From contig NC_043011.1 of assembly GCF_006345805.1 (NCBI RefSeq), positions 15,388,464-15,452,463 of the forward strand: a DNA stretch of 64,000 bases, read 5' to 3'. This DNA comes from Octopus sinensis (lineage: Eukaryota). The notes beneath the pieces are model-generated. The model saw only the letters and a program-made list of their open reading frames with translations, had not been told where the DNA came from and searched no databases. A program made the translations under genes and the position numbers. Each line of letters opens with the position of its first letter. Within the stretch, counting starts at the first letter, position 1. Below are positions 23,943 to 36,951 of this stretch, in pieces.

Positions 23943-25383
23943 TGTGTGTGTGTGTGTTTATGTGTTCAGATGCATATGTGTGTTTATAGTAATTTTCTAG
24001 GTATATGGCGTATACATTTTCAGAAAAGTTCTTTTGTTGCGTTTTAAGCACTTTAGCCATCAAACGTAGTTTACTTTGTTAGGCTTAAATTATTTTGATG
24101 AAGCTATTTTTATAACTATTAAGATTAACAGAATCAGTCCACTTCGTAAGGTTTTTGAATAATAGCTATTTTATAGCAGCCAATAGTTAACATTCAATGA
24201 GCACAGCCAGATATACAATTTCACTCCTCTTAAGGGCAAGGGTTGAAAGCGTATAACATCAAAGAGAATAGCGTATATAGTGTAATATTTACATTGAGGC
24301 ATTTCTATAACAGGAAAACGTTATTTAAAAATATAACAAAAGCGAAATATCTCTAAGGGATATGATTTATAGAAATTAAAAAATTCCAATAGCTGTCAGT
24401 AAGTCAAAAGAACTGTATTCCAGTGAATGGCATAACGTCAGCTTATAGTACAAGACTAACATAGTCATTCATGTAATTTAATTATTTGCATTTGTACTAT
24501 TAAAGTTTGTTTACAGATAACTCAAAGGGTTTTGTCATATGATTACATTGAATTCCTATTAATTCCCCATGACTTTATGGAGACGTATTAATGATATATT
24601 TTCTGAGTAGTGATTGAAGTTAAATGGCTATGTCTCTTATGGCATATAATTATTTAAACTTCATTTTCCCCAATATGTATATATATGATACAGCACTATA
24701 GTATATAAAGAACCCTAGAAAAAATATTTTTCACACTTTTAGAGATTTTGCTGAAATACTATGAGTCTGCAATAGAGAATTCAAGAAAACAAGGCATGGT
24801 TAAATCGTATAGCATTTGTCCGAAAACGGAAGAGAAATATACCATAACGTAGTTAACAGAATTAAATGAATATAAAGGGCAAATCCTCCGAAAAACAAGT
24901 GAAATGGATACAATGAACGAGCCAGTAACAAGGAAGTGTAATCTTGAAAATGTGTAAAATAGAGGACAAAATGGAAGAAAGGGAACGAGATTTCATTCGT
25001 AAATTAAGAGCGTCAGAGGACAAAATATGAACGCGATCTAAATTCTAGATTATGACATCGGTTGACGATTTAATAATGTTGAAATAAACAGTGTATTGTG
25101 GGAATGTAAAACTTCCAAATCAACAACTGAATTACTCTTAGGACCAAAAAGTGTCATCATGCAACTTATAGAACTACCCTGTTCAAGTTTAATTAAACTT
25201 AATACACTGGAAATCATAACTCCGTATTCAGAGGATTCCACCTATCGCAACATGTATTCTGTCCAGCAGGAAATACTTTATCCTGTATAATAGTTTACCA
25301 CGAATTCTCCTTTTGACGATCATTGAGAAGAGGGTAATGCGGTCGAATCATGATATACACAAACAGAGTTCGAACCTGATACC

Positions 25384-25616
25384 TATTTCTTTACTATCCA
25401 CAAGGGGCTAAACAAAGAGAGGACAAACAAGGACAGACAAACGGATTAAGTCGATTATATCTACCCCAGTGCGTAACTGGTACTTATTTAATCGACCCCG
25501 AAAGGATGAAAGGCAAAGTCGACCTCGGTGGAATTTGAACTCAGAACGTAGCGGCAGACGAAATACCCCTAAGCATTGCGCCCGGCGAACTAACGTTTCT
25601 GCCAGCTCGGCGCCTT
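25384..25616 (-). mobile_element. SINE B1, full length, with TSD
   Basis: Reverse B1. TSD AACCTGATACC at 25373-25383 and 25618-25628. Confidence 0.92.
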
Positions 25617-26258
25617 AAACCTGATACCAAGGCTTTCATGACACCATCGATGTTTTAGGCAGTCCCTGTCGATTATCCAGTCTTCTCTGCACATCTAATT
25701 GATCTGCAGATGATGTTTTCCAACTCAGGCCTTCTTATTGCTGTTGAAAGCGGATGCTATAGGTGTTAAAATTTTAAATGCTTAACTTTAAACAAATCAG
25801 GATCCTGATCATGTTTGGACGTGTGTATGTGTGTAAGTATTTGTACACAAACACACACACACACAGACTCACAGACACGCCCCCCACTCTCACACGAATA
25901 TATGCATTCGTACATCAATATATATATCTACATTACTCTTAGTGAAAATGAATATGCGATATACACTATGGAATCTCCATGACTCCATGTAATTAATACG
26001 AATCACACTTATTATTTATCCATCTTTTGTGAATCGTAACGCGATAGTCTTCATTAAAACTCGTCAAAATTTTCTGGGAGTTGTCATATTTACCATTTTC
26101 AGCTGCATCTTAGTCTCAAAAGGCCTCCTACTTGAATGACGTAAGAAATTCTGGTAAGATTTGATATAAATGCGGATTAGTAACAATATTAATAGTTACC
26201 TTTCGAAATATATGTACACAAACCATTCTGCAGCACTTTTACAATTTGTAAACATTTA

Positions 26259-26655
26259 GGCGTAGGAGTGGCTGTGTGGTGAGTAGCTTGCTTACGAACC
26301 ACGGGTTCAGTCCCACTACGTGGCACCTTGGGCAAGTGCCTTCTACTATAACCTCGGGCCTACCAAACCCTTATGAGTGGATTTGGTAGACGGAAACTGA
26401 AAGAAGCCCATCGTATATATGTATATATATATGTATGTGTATGTGTATATGTTTGTGCGTCTGTGTTTGTCCCCCCCAACATCGCTTGACAACCGATGCT
26501 GGTGTGTTTACGTCCCCGTAACTTAGCGGCTCGGCAAAAGAGACCGATAGAATAAGTACTATGGTTACTAAGAATAAGTCGTGTGGTCGATTTGCTCGAC
26601 TAAAATGTGCTGCTCCAGCATGGCCATAGTCAAATGACTGAAACAAGTAAAAAAG
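26259..26655 (+). mobile_element. SINE family A, full length
   Basis: GGCGTAGGAGTGGCTGTGTGG head through CAAATGACTGAAACAAGTAAAA tail. Confidence 0.92.
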
Positions 26656-27090
26656 TATTTATTTTAAATTGTCCAACTACGTTGTGAAGTAATTCAGATT
26701 TCATTTTATCTAGATTCTTGCTTATCTCAATTTATCCGAGGCTTTTATTAATTGAATTTATTTACATCAAAATATAATTTCAGTCGGCTGTTATGACTTG
26801 ACACATAAAAATTAAGCATATAATTTAAATCAATTTCGATATAAATAAAGACAATTATAAGTACTAACGTGAGCATATGAATTTCCATCATTTGTATATT
26901 TTCTAAATGCTGATTCGATGCAAAAGTACATAGTTCTTCATAATACTACCTGATTACTTTAGAAGCATTTTATAATAATACGTAGAGAAAACTGTTGCAA
27001 CCTATTGAAATATTCGGATTCAGATAACTTATGATACTGTTAGTAAACAACACACACACACAGACGCACACACATACACACACACACATA

Positions 27091-27190
27091 NNNNNNNNNN
27101 NNNNNNNNNNNNNNNNNNNNNNNNNNNNNNNNNNNNNNNNNNNNNNNNNNNNNNNNNNNNNNNNNNNNNNNNNNNNNNNNNNNNNNNNNN
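27091..27190. other. assembly gap (100 N)
   Basis: Exactly 100 N, a placeholder-size scaffold gap. Confidence 0.99.
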
Positions 27191-28062
27191 GGGACTGGGG
27201 TGGGGGTGCGGGGGTGGGGTGCGGGGGTGGGTGCTGGGGGTGGGGTCGGGACGACGGTCGAGGAAGTGTTGGAGGGCTAGGAGACCGTCATTGTGGGGAA
27301 TCACTGTGTACAGGGATTTTACATCTAAAGTGAAGAGGAGGTGTGAGGGGCTGGAAGGGAAGGAAAAGGAATTGAAGAGACGGAGGGCGTGGTTTTGTCG
27401 TGTATGTGGGATGGGGGGGCTGCGACTAAGGGGGACAGGATGCGGTCGAGGTATAGGGAGATGAGTTCAGTGGGGCAATTACAGGCAGAGACTATGGGAC
27501 GGCCAGGATTAGAGGGTTTATGGATCTTGGGAAGGAAGTAGATGGTGGAGGTGCGGGGTGTGCGGACGATGAGGTTGGTGGCGGTGAGGGGGAGAGCGGA
27601 GGAGGAGATGAGGTCGTGGATGGTGGAGGACACTCGCTGTTGGTAGGAGGAGGTGGGATATCGGAGGGGAGGAGGCGATAGAAGAGTGGATTTTGAAGCT
27701 GGTTGAGCGCTTCCTCCCTGTATAGCTCCGCGCGCCACACTACCACTGCCCCGCCTTTGTCCGCCGGTTTGATGACAATGTCATCACGACGGCGGAGGTG
27801 GCGAAGGGCAATGGATTCGGCCCGAGTGAGGTTGGCTCGGCGGGGTCTTGGTTCAAAGTTGAAACGGTGGACCAAAGCGTTGCAGTCATGTACAAACGAA
27901 TCTAGGCTACTGAAAAGGCCTGGGGGCGGCGTCCAGATGGATGGACGACGCCCCAGCTCCAAAAGGCAATCCTGATTGTTGTGACGCTGCGGGGACGCGT
28001 GGTAGTATGCGCGAAGTTTGAGGCGGCGCAGGAACAGGTTGACGTCCGCCCGAGTCTCGAAA
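27191..28062 (-). mobile_element. Penelope-like element reverse transcriptase fragment (Neptune-like), 5'-truncated and cut by the gap
   Basis: Across two frameshifts (about 27660 and 27395) it reads ..SIWTPPPG..DDIVIKPADKGGAVVVW..YFLPKIHKPSNPGRPIVSACNCPTELISLYLD..LFTLDVKSLYTVIPHNDGL. These are PLE RT motifs. No in-frame stops along the reconstructed path. Confidence 0.9.
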
Positions 28063-28073
28063 TATATATATAT

Positions 28074-28653
28074 ATGCACATGTGTGCGTATAAATGTATA
28101 CACACACTTATAAGCACACATATATGCAATATCTTTAATATTTGGCAGAATGGTTAGCGTAGTATCTCATATATATATGAGTAGTATCTCGTACATATAT
28201 ATATGTATATATATGTATATGTATATACAGAACCACCCAGCGAACTTCCACCATGGGTCATCACAATTGCTTAAGGTAAAAATGAATTCCTCGCTCTTTC
28301 GGAAACATCAATCTTCTGTATTGACCGCTTTCCACCACTTTGATCTGTTTTTTGTATTGAATACGTATCGCCACCGTGGGCCACTGCATCGAACACTTTG
28401 AACATATACTTCAAACTATATATCAACTATACATGAACTATATATCAACTATACATGAACTCTAAGATGTCTGACTCCGTTGTGTATTATAAATGAATTC
28501 TTGTGTTTGACGGCATGAGCTGTCTTTTTTTTATATATAACTTTTTTTGATAAGGTTCATTTCAGGAACTGAAACATGTTATAATGTATATATAAAAATT
28601 AAAAATTGTATAATACGCAGCATTTTCGAACTTCATTTTTACACAATATATAT

Positions 28654-28725
<72 letters not shown>

Positions 28726-28819
28726 GCACATGTGTGCGTATAAATATATACACACACTTATAAGCACACATATATGCATAATCTTTAATATTTGGCAGAA
28801 TGGTTAGAGTAGTATCTCA
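28074..28819. repeat. 96-bp direct repeat pair, 650-bp period
   Basis: ATGCACATGTGTGCGTATAAAT..TTTGGCAGAATGGTTAG(C/A)GTAGTATCTCA at 28074-28169 and 28724-28819, each preceded by (TA)n. Confidence 0.9.
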
Positions 28820-30394
28820 GAGACATTTTGGTCCCTGCACCACATTTGGAATTACGGCTTTAAAGCGTCAGACAAAATGGCTTTCGATATTTGTTATTGG
28901 GGAATGTTTTCATACTCGATTAACTCCTTGCACTCAAAATTTAAACAACTTCTGATGGTATTTATTTCTTGTTTGCGTTCGAATGAATAAAATCCGCTAT
29001 TTGATCTTTCAGAGACCAGATGTATTTCATCAATGAATGATCGACCCTCTTGAATTCTCATGGGAGTCGAAGCTGGTTATATCAAATCCTGCTCTCATAT
29101 TTTGTATCTTATGCAAATTATACAACGATGTAGAGCAAAGTCGATCTCACACAGGATATGGATTCCGAACATAAAGTAGCGAAATAATAAGCGGAAAAGC
29201 ATTTTGTCTGGTGCTCTACTGTTTTTGGAAATTTGCTGGCGTGTTAAAAATAAACAAAGACATATAACGATCTTCATTTTCTGTATATATCACAATTCTA
29301 GTATTGTTCAAATTGTTCATTTCTTTGAATATTTGGTATGGGTGTGTTTGGTGGGGAAGTGATTGGTTGTTCTCTATTACCTTAATTTTGCAGCTGAGGC
29401 CCATGACGTGTTGATGAAAACAACCTCAAAGAAACAAAAATTAAATTATATGGAAATAACATAGACTTTTCGTGCAAATTGATATTGATTTTCCTTTTAC
29501 TAGGCACACTAACCTCTAGTTCAGGCAAAAAATAGCAAAGAATAAAAACGGAGCGGATCATTAGCTGTGTAATTGTAAATGCAATATTAAATTAGGCACC
29601 ATATAAATAACTATTAACCGATGTCGATATGTGAATAAAAACATTTTAGATAATGGCGATGAAAGCTTATTTCTCTTGTTTATAATCGGGTTAACATACA
29701 AAGATGTCAACAATATGGCAAAGGGAAAAAAATATCTCTGAGGATACTTCTGCTTATTGAATACGAATATGACGGATCATATAAAGAGAAATGACGAACT
29801 TTGAACAACTGAGTTTTTAGAAGACAATAGCAGATGAAAACCCTTTCAGAATTGTTTAAAACCTAAATATAAATACCAAGCGTTTTCCTACAAATAGAAT
29901 CGACTGAATGAACTGAACAAACAAAGTCAAGTAATAGTGGAGTCTATATGATATTTAGAGAAACATGTTAAAGCTCAGGATATGTTTTGGCCTTATTAAA
30001 TGCCTCTAAGTAAATCCATTATACTCGGTTGCCAGATCAAGATTGATTATTATCGATGTAAACTTCTATTTTTAATCATTTGCAATATCCTTGTAAGGAG
30101 GGAGCTGGTTTTAAGAAATGTATAAAGCTCCATGTTTGGAATGTAGATAACGAAATCAAATTCAGGTTTTAAACTTGTAAAATGTCTTACATGATTTTTA
30201 CCGTTCTGCTTACAGTGTGTATTTGTGATGTGCGAAATTCCCCAACGCAGCAATGTATGTATGTATGTATGTATGTATGTATGTATGTATGTATGTATGT
30301 ATGTATGTGTGTAGGTATGCATGAATGTTTGTGTGTATGTATGTGTGTATGTATTATGTACCTGGTTGTGTATGTACATATATCATTGTTCAGT

Positions 30395-31935
30395 TTTATT
30401 TCAAGATTCCTTGCCTATAGAGAAAGAGCCGATTTCTAACCTAGATCCTAGGCTCCTTCATTGGAATTGCAACATCAACAACAGGGTATTTTTGTATGTA
30501 TGTATGTATACTTTCGCTTCCTTTTTTTGATTTAGAGTAAATTTTGACAGGCCATCAACTTGGTAACAAGCTTGTGAAAGAAAAGAGCCTTGATTTAACT
30601 GCCATGATTTGAATCTCAAGAAATTCATGTAGAATCTTATAGTCTCAAATATTGTGATTATTTATAGCATATGAATTAAGAACTGTCTTTCTCTCTCCGA
30701 GATTCCATGTTTAGCGATACTTTACTTCAGACGAGTTGATATGTATGCTGTTGCTCAATAATAATGGGTATGAAGCTGAAATTGTATATTGAGAACTGGA
30801 TTTCCAAACACCCTTATTAATGGTCCATAGATGTTCGCTTTCTCTTGTATTTTTCTAACCACGTTCGTGTCCAGGGAGAAGCTGATTTCCACCACAGAAC
30901 ATACCCTAATTTTTGTGATACCACTCAAGGATATCTGACCGAAATTCCACCAGTATTTTTTCGACCCATCGGTCTCTATATGGTCAATTCATTAGTAGGA
31001 ATTCTCCTTTTTAGCCACTGCATCATTCTTCATGGGAAGATAATATCTGGAAAACATTCACAGTTGGAAAAATGGCATTTATGTCTTCAGGCTTGATCTT
31101 GCCCAGCCTACATCTGTCAATATTTTCTGCCTTTTATGTTGTAGGTAGAGATGTGTTGTTCTTGGATTGCGTGGAGGTAGCCTTCAAAGTCATAAACCTG
31201 TCAGTATTCCATGTTAAGCTGTTCACATGATCAATCTATTTTATGGTTTATGGTTTATATTTTAAGTGCCTTGTACTCATGTACTATCTTCTCAGTGAAC
31301 TGTTTAATTTTTTTCAGGTTTTACCAATGTTCCTTGGAGAGGGTTCTGTAACAGTTCTTGCTTCATTTCCTGCTTTAAGTTCATTAACTATGCTAATTAT
31401 ATTCTTGGTTTTATGGTCAAAATCTTGCGAAAAACAGTTACCTTCTTCTGCTGTAGATGTTTCAACGTCAAACTTCGTGCTTCATATGAGATCAGTACAA
31501 ATTTGACACCACAGCCACCATCCTTGTATGAGAAGTATAGCCTGTGTACATGTCCACTGATGTTAAAATTTCCTGTTACACTGAATAGCTTACAATTTCG
31601 AACATCTATCTCATTGAGTTCTTGTAGTGACCAGTTCAAAAGGCCAAACGTAGGCGTGAGAACAGGCACAGCGAAGGTGCCGTGGGCAATAATTTTTTTG
31701 TAAACTGAGAGTTGTGATATTCATTTCTAGTCCTCTCCTTATTTATGTGTCCACCATAACTGACATTCTCATCTTGTCCGAGATATCTATATTCATCACC
31801 TGACTGCAGAGGTTGTATTGTGTTTTCAGAATAAGACACAACTTTTCCGCGTTTTATTGTGGAAAATACACATTTAAGCTCAAAAAATTTCATCCCTTTG
31901 TCTGTAGAATATGAGGTTATAATGTCCAATTGCCT
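30395..31935 (-). mobile_element. R4/Dong-type RLE non-LTR retrotransposon, 5'-truncated, decayed; 3' end runs into (CATA)n
   Basis: Fragments YRYLG, PVLTPTFGLLNW, RLYFSYKDGGCG, EGYLHAIQEQ, DRCRLG, RYYLP, VVEISFSLDTNV..EKANIYGPL (RT thumb, CCHC region and RLE domain). Confidence 0.8.
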
Positions 31936-32989
31936 TTCCTATGGTTGATATTCAGTTAGGGCTGAATAGGAATTAATTAAAATAGAATTTCAGTTTTTCT
32001 TCCCAAATCTTTTTAAAGACTAAACAGTAGACAGAAAACAATGGAAATAAATTACTTATATCTAACTATGGGTACAATAAAAATTACAATTTGTCGACTG
32101 TATTTTTAAAGAAATATAATTCACTATTTGCATAATAGTATATGCGGCTCTGGAAACATTTATATGGTGCCCCTTTTCCTTTGTGACATAACCATGCATA
32201 TATTGAATAAGGGTTACAATGGAGAGGAAGTTTATATATTCTCTTACAAGTCTCTTTAGTGGATAGGTAATTATTTCACTTGCAAGTAGTTAAATTGAGG
32301 TCCACATACTTAATTGTTACAGAAAACTATGAAACTACCGACGCCAGCTGAGTTTAATGTACTGTTTCTCATACAGGGCCATTCGAGGGTGGAAAGCAGA
32401 CAGACGAATTGTTATGTTCAATAAATTCAAAAACGGCTTTAACGTTTGAATGGGAAGGAAAGAAATATTTAGCTGTAAATTCTGTTTTCTTCTCCTAAAT
32501 GAAAGAAGGACTGTGGGAAAGAATTTGAATTATATTTAGATGGAAGACGTTGATATCATTTGCAAGTTTGAAAAATACAGATGTAATGCCATATCGAGTA
32601 GGCCATTTGCTTTCAAGTTATTAGTGGACATTTCAGAAAAGGAATTAATTTCTATTATTTGTACTCTGCAGCTAACGAAAGCTAATGAGTTCCAATATTA
32701 TGTCGTAACGGTGTAAGAGAGAAATATTTCAGGGAAATGATCAGCGAAACGGCCTCGCCCTCCTTTAATAATATCTCTTGATTGATTTAAACAATGGATT
32801 GAGAATCGATGAAAGGGTACTTATTTCTTGCAATATGGACATGTCCGTTGAAGATTAATTGTGTTGTCCTTTAAATTATATGGTGGATTTCATTGCTAGT
32901 TCGACTGTGCCTACGCAATCAAAGATGTACCATCGAGAGTCAATATAGGGAAAGATAATACTTTTTCCGATGCAACAACTCATTATTTT

Positions 32990-33017
32990 ATGTAGAGTAA
33001 ACAGGAAGCCCGTACTA

Positions 33018-33053
<36 letters not shown>

Positions 33054-33159
33054 TGTATGTATGTATGTATGTATGTATGTATGTATGTACGTATCTATCT
33101 ATCTATATATATATGTATATATATATACAAACGTACATATACATACATTCATATGTGTA

Positions 33160-33217
<58 letters not shown>

Positions 33218-33462
33218 GTGTGTGTGTGTGTGTGTGTGTACATATCTTCGTGTGTATCCTTGTGTGTGTGTGTTTATCATGTACCACCACCTCGCAATTT
33301 TATTGGCCTGTTTACGTCTCTGTAACCTAGTTGTTCGTCAAAATAGACTGACAGAATAAGTCCCTGGCTTAAATGTTTCGTTTCTGGGGTCGACTTGTTC
33401 GACTAAATCCTTCAAGTCGATGCTCCATCATGGTCGCAGTCCAATGTGTGAAACAAGTAAAA
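32990..33462 (+). mobile_element. SINE family A, 5'-truncated, with expanded (TATG)n/(TA)n/(TG)n insert
   Basis: GAAGCCCGT before the microsatellite and CTGGGGTCGACTTGTTCGACTAAA..GAAACAAGTAAAA after it. Confidence 0.75.
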
Positions 33463-34341
33463 TATTAAAAAATATACCCGAAGCATTTCGTGTCACATTT
33501 GTAAATCTCCCGAATTTTATAGTTATAAATTTTCTCTTCATCTTTCTCAGTGTTAAGTATTCAATATGTTTTGTAGCTTATAATTATTCGCCTGAGATGA
33601 GTTTCTGTTGCACAATCGTTCAGAGGGCAGCAGCTAAGCAGTCCTTATATATTACTGTATTTCGCACTGAGGAAGATGTTTAAAAAAGATATTGCTATTT
33701 ACATTTGATGGAGAAATATTTGCGATATCTGAAATGCAATAAAAACAAGACAAAGCGAGAGAACGTAAATTTATCTACATAAATGCCGAAGGAAGATGCA
33801 AATACTCATTGTTGGAAACATCATATCAAACTATATTAATAGCGATGTAGATAAAACAGAACTATACCTATATTAAAGTTTCTTTTCTTCTTGCAGATAT
33901 TCCACCACACACAAAGACACACACACACTCTCTCTCTCTTACACACACACGCACAAATGCACACGCACATAGACACATGCATGGGAATGTACACATATAG
34001 GAAAACTATATAAATTGCTTTGTTGTTCACACAAGTTTGGATTCATGTACAAATATAAATAAGAGTGGCTATTATTATCGACTTACTTATCATTTAGTAT
34101 CGAACAAAAAATGAAAATATGTGTGTAGAATAGACACATGCACACACACACGCACACACACATACACACACAGACACAAACACACAGACACACACATACA
34201 CGAACATATGCACATATATATTTACTATATGCACACCTCACACACACACACGCAGGCACACGTATATATATATATATGTTTGTGTGTATATATAAATACA
34301 CACTCATATGCATACATACATATACATATACATACATATAT

Positions 34342-34391
<50 letters not shown>

Positions 34392-34478
34392 ATAAACGTA
34401 TACAGATTTATAGTTTAATATATATGCATATATGTACACATATGTTAATACATATATATATATATTACTTTATATAAC

Positions 34479-34672
34479 TAGGGTTCAGCAAAAAAATTTA
34501 CTTTACCACACACCAAACTTCTAGAAATAGCAGCCAAACAATTTAGCTATTTCCTCTACTATAAGAAGAGTCTCCCAGACAATGTATACTCAAAAACAAT
34601 TCACGTAGGCATAGAGGGAAAAATAACGAAAGATCACTCGTAAATCAATTACTAGAGAACGCGTTTCTGGGT
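34479..34672 (-). repeat. possible PLE pseudo-LTR fragment with half a hammerhead
   Basis: Minus strand begins (TA)n-CTAACCCA-GAAAC-GC-GTT-CTCTAG (palindromic ACGCGT stem III). The CUGANGA half is missing, replaced by (TA)n. Confidence 0.35.
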
Positions 34673-34699
34673 TAGATATATATATATATATATATATAT

Positions 34700-35110
34700 A
34701 ATAATTTCTGAAGCAACCAGAAGATGCATCTGGCATTAATCTCTATTCTGTACAAAGGTTGTTTTGACCCATCCCGCTACTCTCCCTTATGGACGGGACT
34801 CCGTTCAACAAGGGGTGTTGCATCCATTTTACAGACTGAGTTCCAACACGTACATCCATACATAAAGTTGTGTCTGGGACTTCCAAAACCAGACTGGCAT
34901 ATAACAACATGACAGCCAAAACTCAGGATCTTTAGCGATACGCACCTTTAAATATGGATGTACCTTATATAACTCAGACTGCAAAATAAATGAAACACAC
35001 GTTGAACAGAATTCCACCCGTAAGAGACAATAGCATGACGGGTAGAAATGACCGTTGTACAAAATAAAGAGTAATACCAAATCCATCTTCTGGTTACGTA
35101 AGAAATTATT
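34700..35110. mobile_element. old fold-back/MITE-like element with ~165-bp inverted arms
   Basis: 34700-34867 aligns to the reverse complement of 34946-35110 at roughly 70-75% identity by eye; 78-bp spacer. Confidence 0.8.
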
Positions 35111-35257
35111 ATTATTGTCTCAACTAACACTGCAGAGTTTCTGAAGGAGATCCAACGGAAATATACCCCGAGTGTGGATGACACCAGGCAGACCAAACTG
35201 TGCCAGTGCTTTACTAAACGCTTAAACAGACTAATCGACATGTACCCATTAGTCCAA

Positions 35258-35312
<55 letters not shown>

Positions 35313-35339
35313 GATTTATATGTGTGTGTGAATATATAT

Positions 35340-35389
<50 letters not shown>

Positions 35390-35533
35390 GTGTGCTGTTG
35401 CTTAGTGAGTGGGATTGACTCAGTGCACAGCCTTTCCTCACTTTAAAATAAAAATCTTCTTGCACAGGCATTGTATGATAACAAGTTAAGCTTCGTGCAA
35501 TGGCCATACTCGATAACGAGGGGCACCCATCAT

Positions 35534-35579
<46 letters not shown>

Positions 35580-35580
<1 letters not shown>

Positions 35581-35728
35581 ACGGGCGTCTTTCAGTTTCC
35601 GTCTAGTAAATCCACTCACAATGTTCTGGTCGGCCCGAGGCTATAGCAGAAGACATTTGCCCAGGGTGCCACGTGGTGAGACTGAACCCGGAACAATGTG
35701 GTTGTGGAGCACACGCTTCTTCCACACA
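35580..35728 (-). mobile_element. SINE family A, 5' half
   Basis: Reverse CORE and head CGAGGCTATAGCAGAAGACATTTGCCCAGGGTGCCAC..CTGAACCCGGAAC. Confidence 0.8.
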
Positions 35729-35871
35729 ATATTTATAGATACGTATACATATATGTGCACACACACATATATATATGTATATATGTACATATCTATCTAT
35801 ATATATATGAGCGTGCACGGCCCATATTTATATATATAATATATATGTATACACACAGACACACACACACA

Positions 35872-35915
<44 letters not shown>

Positions 35916-35916
35916 G

Positions 35917-35950
<34 letters not shown>

Positions 35951-36385
35951 CGTGTGTATGTATGTATATTGAATATTGATAAGATAACTGATGAATATGT
36001 TCTTTCACGGATTATTAATAAGTAAATGCTGCTTACCAATCTTGAATTCACTGATTTAAGAGTATCACACAAGGTTATCACTCATAAATATTGATATCAT
36101 AAATGCACGCAGCTAATCAATACTGCTCAGCTATATATCTAAAAAGAAACAAAAGCTATCACACCCGAGTAAGCGGATACACTTTTTCAGAAAATGTATT
36201 GCGCAAATTGACACCGAGAGGCCTGTCATGATTGAGATAACTTCGTAAAATGCAATTCCGCACTCTGTTTCTGCATAGAGGGAAAATTGGAATTGTGATA
36301 AAACTCTGAATTGAAATTTGTTTCGCTTACTAACCAATATATTTTGTTTTTGGATTTGGTTTGCAATGAGTTCGTGTGCTGAAGC

Positions 36386-36614
36386 ATATTCTCTTGTGTC
36401 TGGGGAAAGTCATTTTCTTTTTGTGCCTTATTATTTAACACACTCACCGGTAAAATTTTCACTTTTTTCTCATAAAATTTTCGTTGCGTCTTGCAACCTT
36501 TTCAATAGTTTTGACTCTGTCCGTTATTTACACTGCGTTCCCTTTTTTACCGGTGAGTGTGTTAAATAATAAGGCAGAAAAGGAATATGACTCTCCCCAG
36601 ACACAACACAATAT
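36386..36614. mobile_element. MITE with ~70-bp terminal inverted repeats
   Basis: Arms 36386-36455 and 36545-36614; perfect 31-bp core GCCTTATTATTTAACACACTCACCGGTAAAA; ATAT at both ends, compatible with a TA target. Confidence 0.88.
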
Positions 36615-36951
36615 ATTTTACTTTAAATTTTTTCTTTAACTGAAATAAAAATATAAATGGCGTGAAATATTTGAATATGCATCAAGCATCTTTACTCATT
36701 GTTATCAATATCTTGCTTAGTTAACTTATATCACTTATCGTAGACCTGGAATAGTATGTACATTACTTACATGTAGACCGATAAACGAAAGGACATTTTG
36801 AAATATATAGCTGCCCCCCCCCCAACACACACACATACACCCACACATTCCATCACGGACACAGGCATTTCTGCTGAACGATCTATGTCAGTTAATGGAT
36901 AAGGTATGTTCGCTTTACATTACTTCCTTATTAACTTAAGTGTATATTATA

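Noticed and set aside
24900-25290. Possible AP-endonuclease relic (GxxFN..W, LIKLNT)
   Set aside because: Too degenerate to call without a profile search.
28821-28957. 46-codon open segment ETFWSLHHIWNYGF..
   Set aside because: Poor polypyrimidine tract and no recognised family; this length is expected by chance.
32378-32480. Acceptor-like CTGTTTCTCATACAG followed by a short open frame
   Set aside because: Weak donor, no homology recognised.
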